Assembly: GCA_964565175.1 (NCBI GenBank) | Contig: CAZMDZ010000001.1 | Coordinates: forward strand, 1 to 30,037 | Direction of reading: 5' to 3' | Source of the DNA: an uncultured Planctomycetales bacterium | GTDB lineage: Bacteria > Planctomycetota > UBA1135 | DNA length: 30,037 bases | Part shown: positions 28,097-30,037 of the stretch, in pieces | Layout of the letters: the number at the start of each line of letters is the position of its first letter | Position numbering within the stretch: the first letter of the stretch is position 1 | Made by a program: the position numbers and the translations under genes | The notes under the pieces: model-generated | Databases searched by the model: none | The model's input: the letters and a program-made list of their open reading frames with translations, nothing else | What the model was told of the DNA's origin: nothing

Positions 28097-30037
28097 ATGA
28101 TGATGCTGTCCCCCCTACTTTTGACCGCGCTGGCGATGGGGATGGCATCGCCGCAGTCCGATGGACAATGGCTAAGCGGTTATCAAACCGAAGTCAAAGG
28201 CGAGCAAATTGACTATGAGTCGGCGCTGCCGGATGTGCGCTCGGCATTGCTGGTGAGGTCGCTGGAAGCGGAAAGATCGATCGCTTGGCAGACACCGGTA
28301 ATGCCCGAAGTTGTGCCTGCCGAAGGCGTCGCGCTGACCTGGTTGTTCGGCATGGATGCCAATCCGGAACAGCATGAATTCAAGTTGTTGCTGAACGGGA
28401 AAGAGTTGTTGCGCTTCCACAATCCGGCGACTGCAACAACCGAATCGTGAACGACCGAGGGCATCGCATCTCTCAAATTCCGCCCCACCCACATCGACCG
28501 CCATCAGGATGTATTCGGTTTTGCGGTGCTGCAGCTGCCAGCGGAGTTGATCACGGCTGGCAAGGCGATGACCTTGGAAGTCGTCGGCGAATCGGCGGGG
28601 AGTTGGATTTGGTACATGACCTTCCGCCACTCGCCGCAAGAGTCGATTCGCATGACCGAGCACAACGCTCTGCGGCGGACCGAAGATATGGGTGCTCCCG
28701 GTGCGTTCCAGGAAATGATGATGGAAGTGGTGCACTTGGGCGAACCGATGCGGGTGCGAGTGGAGGCAAGTTGGGGCTTTGTTTCTGCACACGATTTGAA
28801 ACTTGGGGCCAATCGCATTTGGATTCATCGCGGCTACGAAGTCGCGGAACCGGTCAAACCGTGGGTCATCCACCTTGTCCAACACAGTCACACCGACCTC
28901 GGTTACACCCGGCCGCAAACCGAAATCCTCGCTGACCATCTGCGCTACATCGACTTCGCGCTGGATTATTGTGATCAAACCGATCACTTCCCCGACGACG
29001 CCAAGTTCCGCTGGACATGTGAAGCAGCGTGGCCTGTGCAGGAATATTTGCGCTACCGCCCCGAAGCGCAAATTGAGCGCCTGCGCCAACGCATAGCCGA
29101 AGGTCGCGTGGAACTGACCGCCATGTTCGCCAACCTCAGTGAACTGCTCGACGACCGCGCTTGTTCCGCCAGCCTCGCCCCCATCGCCGAAATGCGCAAG
29201 CACGGCCTGCCGGTGGAAAGCGCGATGCAGAATGACGTCAACGGGATCCCGTGGATCTACGCCGACCTACTTTCCGAAATGGGCGTGCGCTATTTGACCA
29301 TGGGCGAGCACGGCCATCGCGCGCTGATTCCCTTTGATGTGCCGACTGCGTTCTGGTGGGAGTCGCCGAGCGGTTCGCGGATGTTGGCTTGGAGGCCAGA
29401 TCATTACAACACCGGCAATTTCTGGGGTGTGCATTCCGGCAGCGTCGAAGCCGTCGAGCCTGCGGTGTTCCGCTACCTTGGTGAAATCGTTGAAAACGGT
29501 TACACCATGGATCACATTTCGGTTCAGTACGGCGGTGTGTTTTTGGATAACGCCCCGCCTGGAATCAAAGCTAATGAGTTGATCCGCGATTGGAATGAAA
29601 AGTACATCTGGCCGAAGATGCGTTCGTCGCTGGGTACAGAATTGCCAAAGTGGGTTGAGCGAAATCATGGCGACGCACTTCAAACTTTCCGCGCGGCATG
29701 GCCGGATTGGTGGTCAGATGGAATTGCATCGGCGCCTCGCGAAGTTGCGGCAGTGCGCAAAACGCAGAAGCAATTAGCCGCGACCGAATCGATGTTGGCG
29801 ATGGCGCAGTTGGCCGGACACAAGATCCCTCAACAGTTACTGGATCGCGTCGCCCGCACTTGGGAGCAGCTCGTGATTTACGGCGAGCACACTTATGGCG
29901 CCGCTGAATCGGTGACGGATCCAGGTGCCGAAAATACCAAGGTGCAGTGGGCACAGAAATCGGCGTTTGCTTGGGACGCGGTGAAGGAAGCTGCCATTTT
30001 GCAAGAGGCTGCCTTCGGGTTATTGCAAGACGCGTGG
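28097..30037 (+). pseudogene. GH38-like (alpha-mannosidase family) glycoside hydrolase with an in-frame TGA at 28448-28450; runs off window end
   Basis: Signal peptide from ATG 28097. After ..TES* the same frame stays open to 30037 and encodes LVQHSHTDLGY, FRWTCEAAW, GRVELTA, AMQNDVNG, FWWESPSGSRMLAW and EHTYGA. This long frame is missing from the ORF track. Confidence 0.82.

Noticed and set aside
28448-28450. Selenocysteine or TGA=Trp (code 4/25) recoding
   Set aside because: TGA is the most common true stop in this window, including many ATGA overlaps. The context suggests Trp rather than a catalytic Cys, and I see no convincing SECIS.
223-29954. Numerous 60-340 aa alternative-frame ORFs (e.g. 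1568-2272, 15647-16447, 22111-22926, 28172-29203)
   Set aside because: They overlap well-supported genes, are Arg/Gln/His-rich with no motifs, and are typical shadow ORFs of high-GC DNA.

Overview
GC-rich bacterial window, most likely PVC superphylum (Planctomycetota-like), judged from the PSD1/planctomycete-cytochrome-c plus DUF1501 pair and four Cys-type sulfatases. Left third (minus strand, ~1-11838): a near gap-free run of a GH29 fucosidase fusion, a non-canonical Mrp Na+/H+ antiporter operon (mrpE-F-G-B-C, three MrpD/MrpA-type subunits and a small acidic membrane protein, no full-length mrpA), a Tat-exported Gfo/Idh/MocA oxidoreductase, and a partial ORF missing from the ORF track. The rest is a sulfated-glycan degradation locus: four sulfatases (two with extra domains fused), a large uncharacterised GH-like protein, a PSD1/DUF1501 pair, a GH38-like gene running off the right edge, and an M48 peptidase. 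Several of these accessory genes carry lesions the ORF track hides: two in-frame stops at probable Trp codons, two frameshifts, an apparent deletion joining two convergent genes, and a lost 5' end beside an 8-bp tandem repeat. The Mrp operon shows none. I saw no rRNA, tRNA, CRISPR array or transposase. Family assignments come from motif recognition only; no database search was run.
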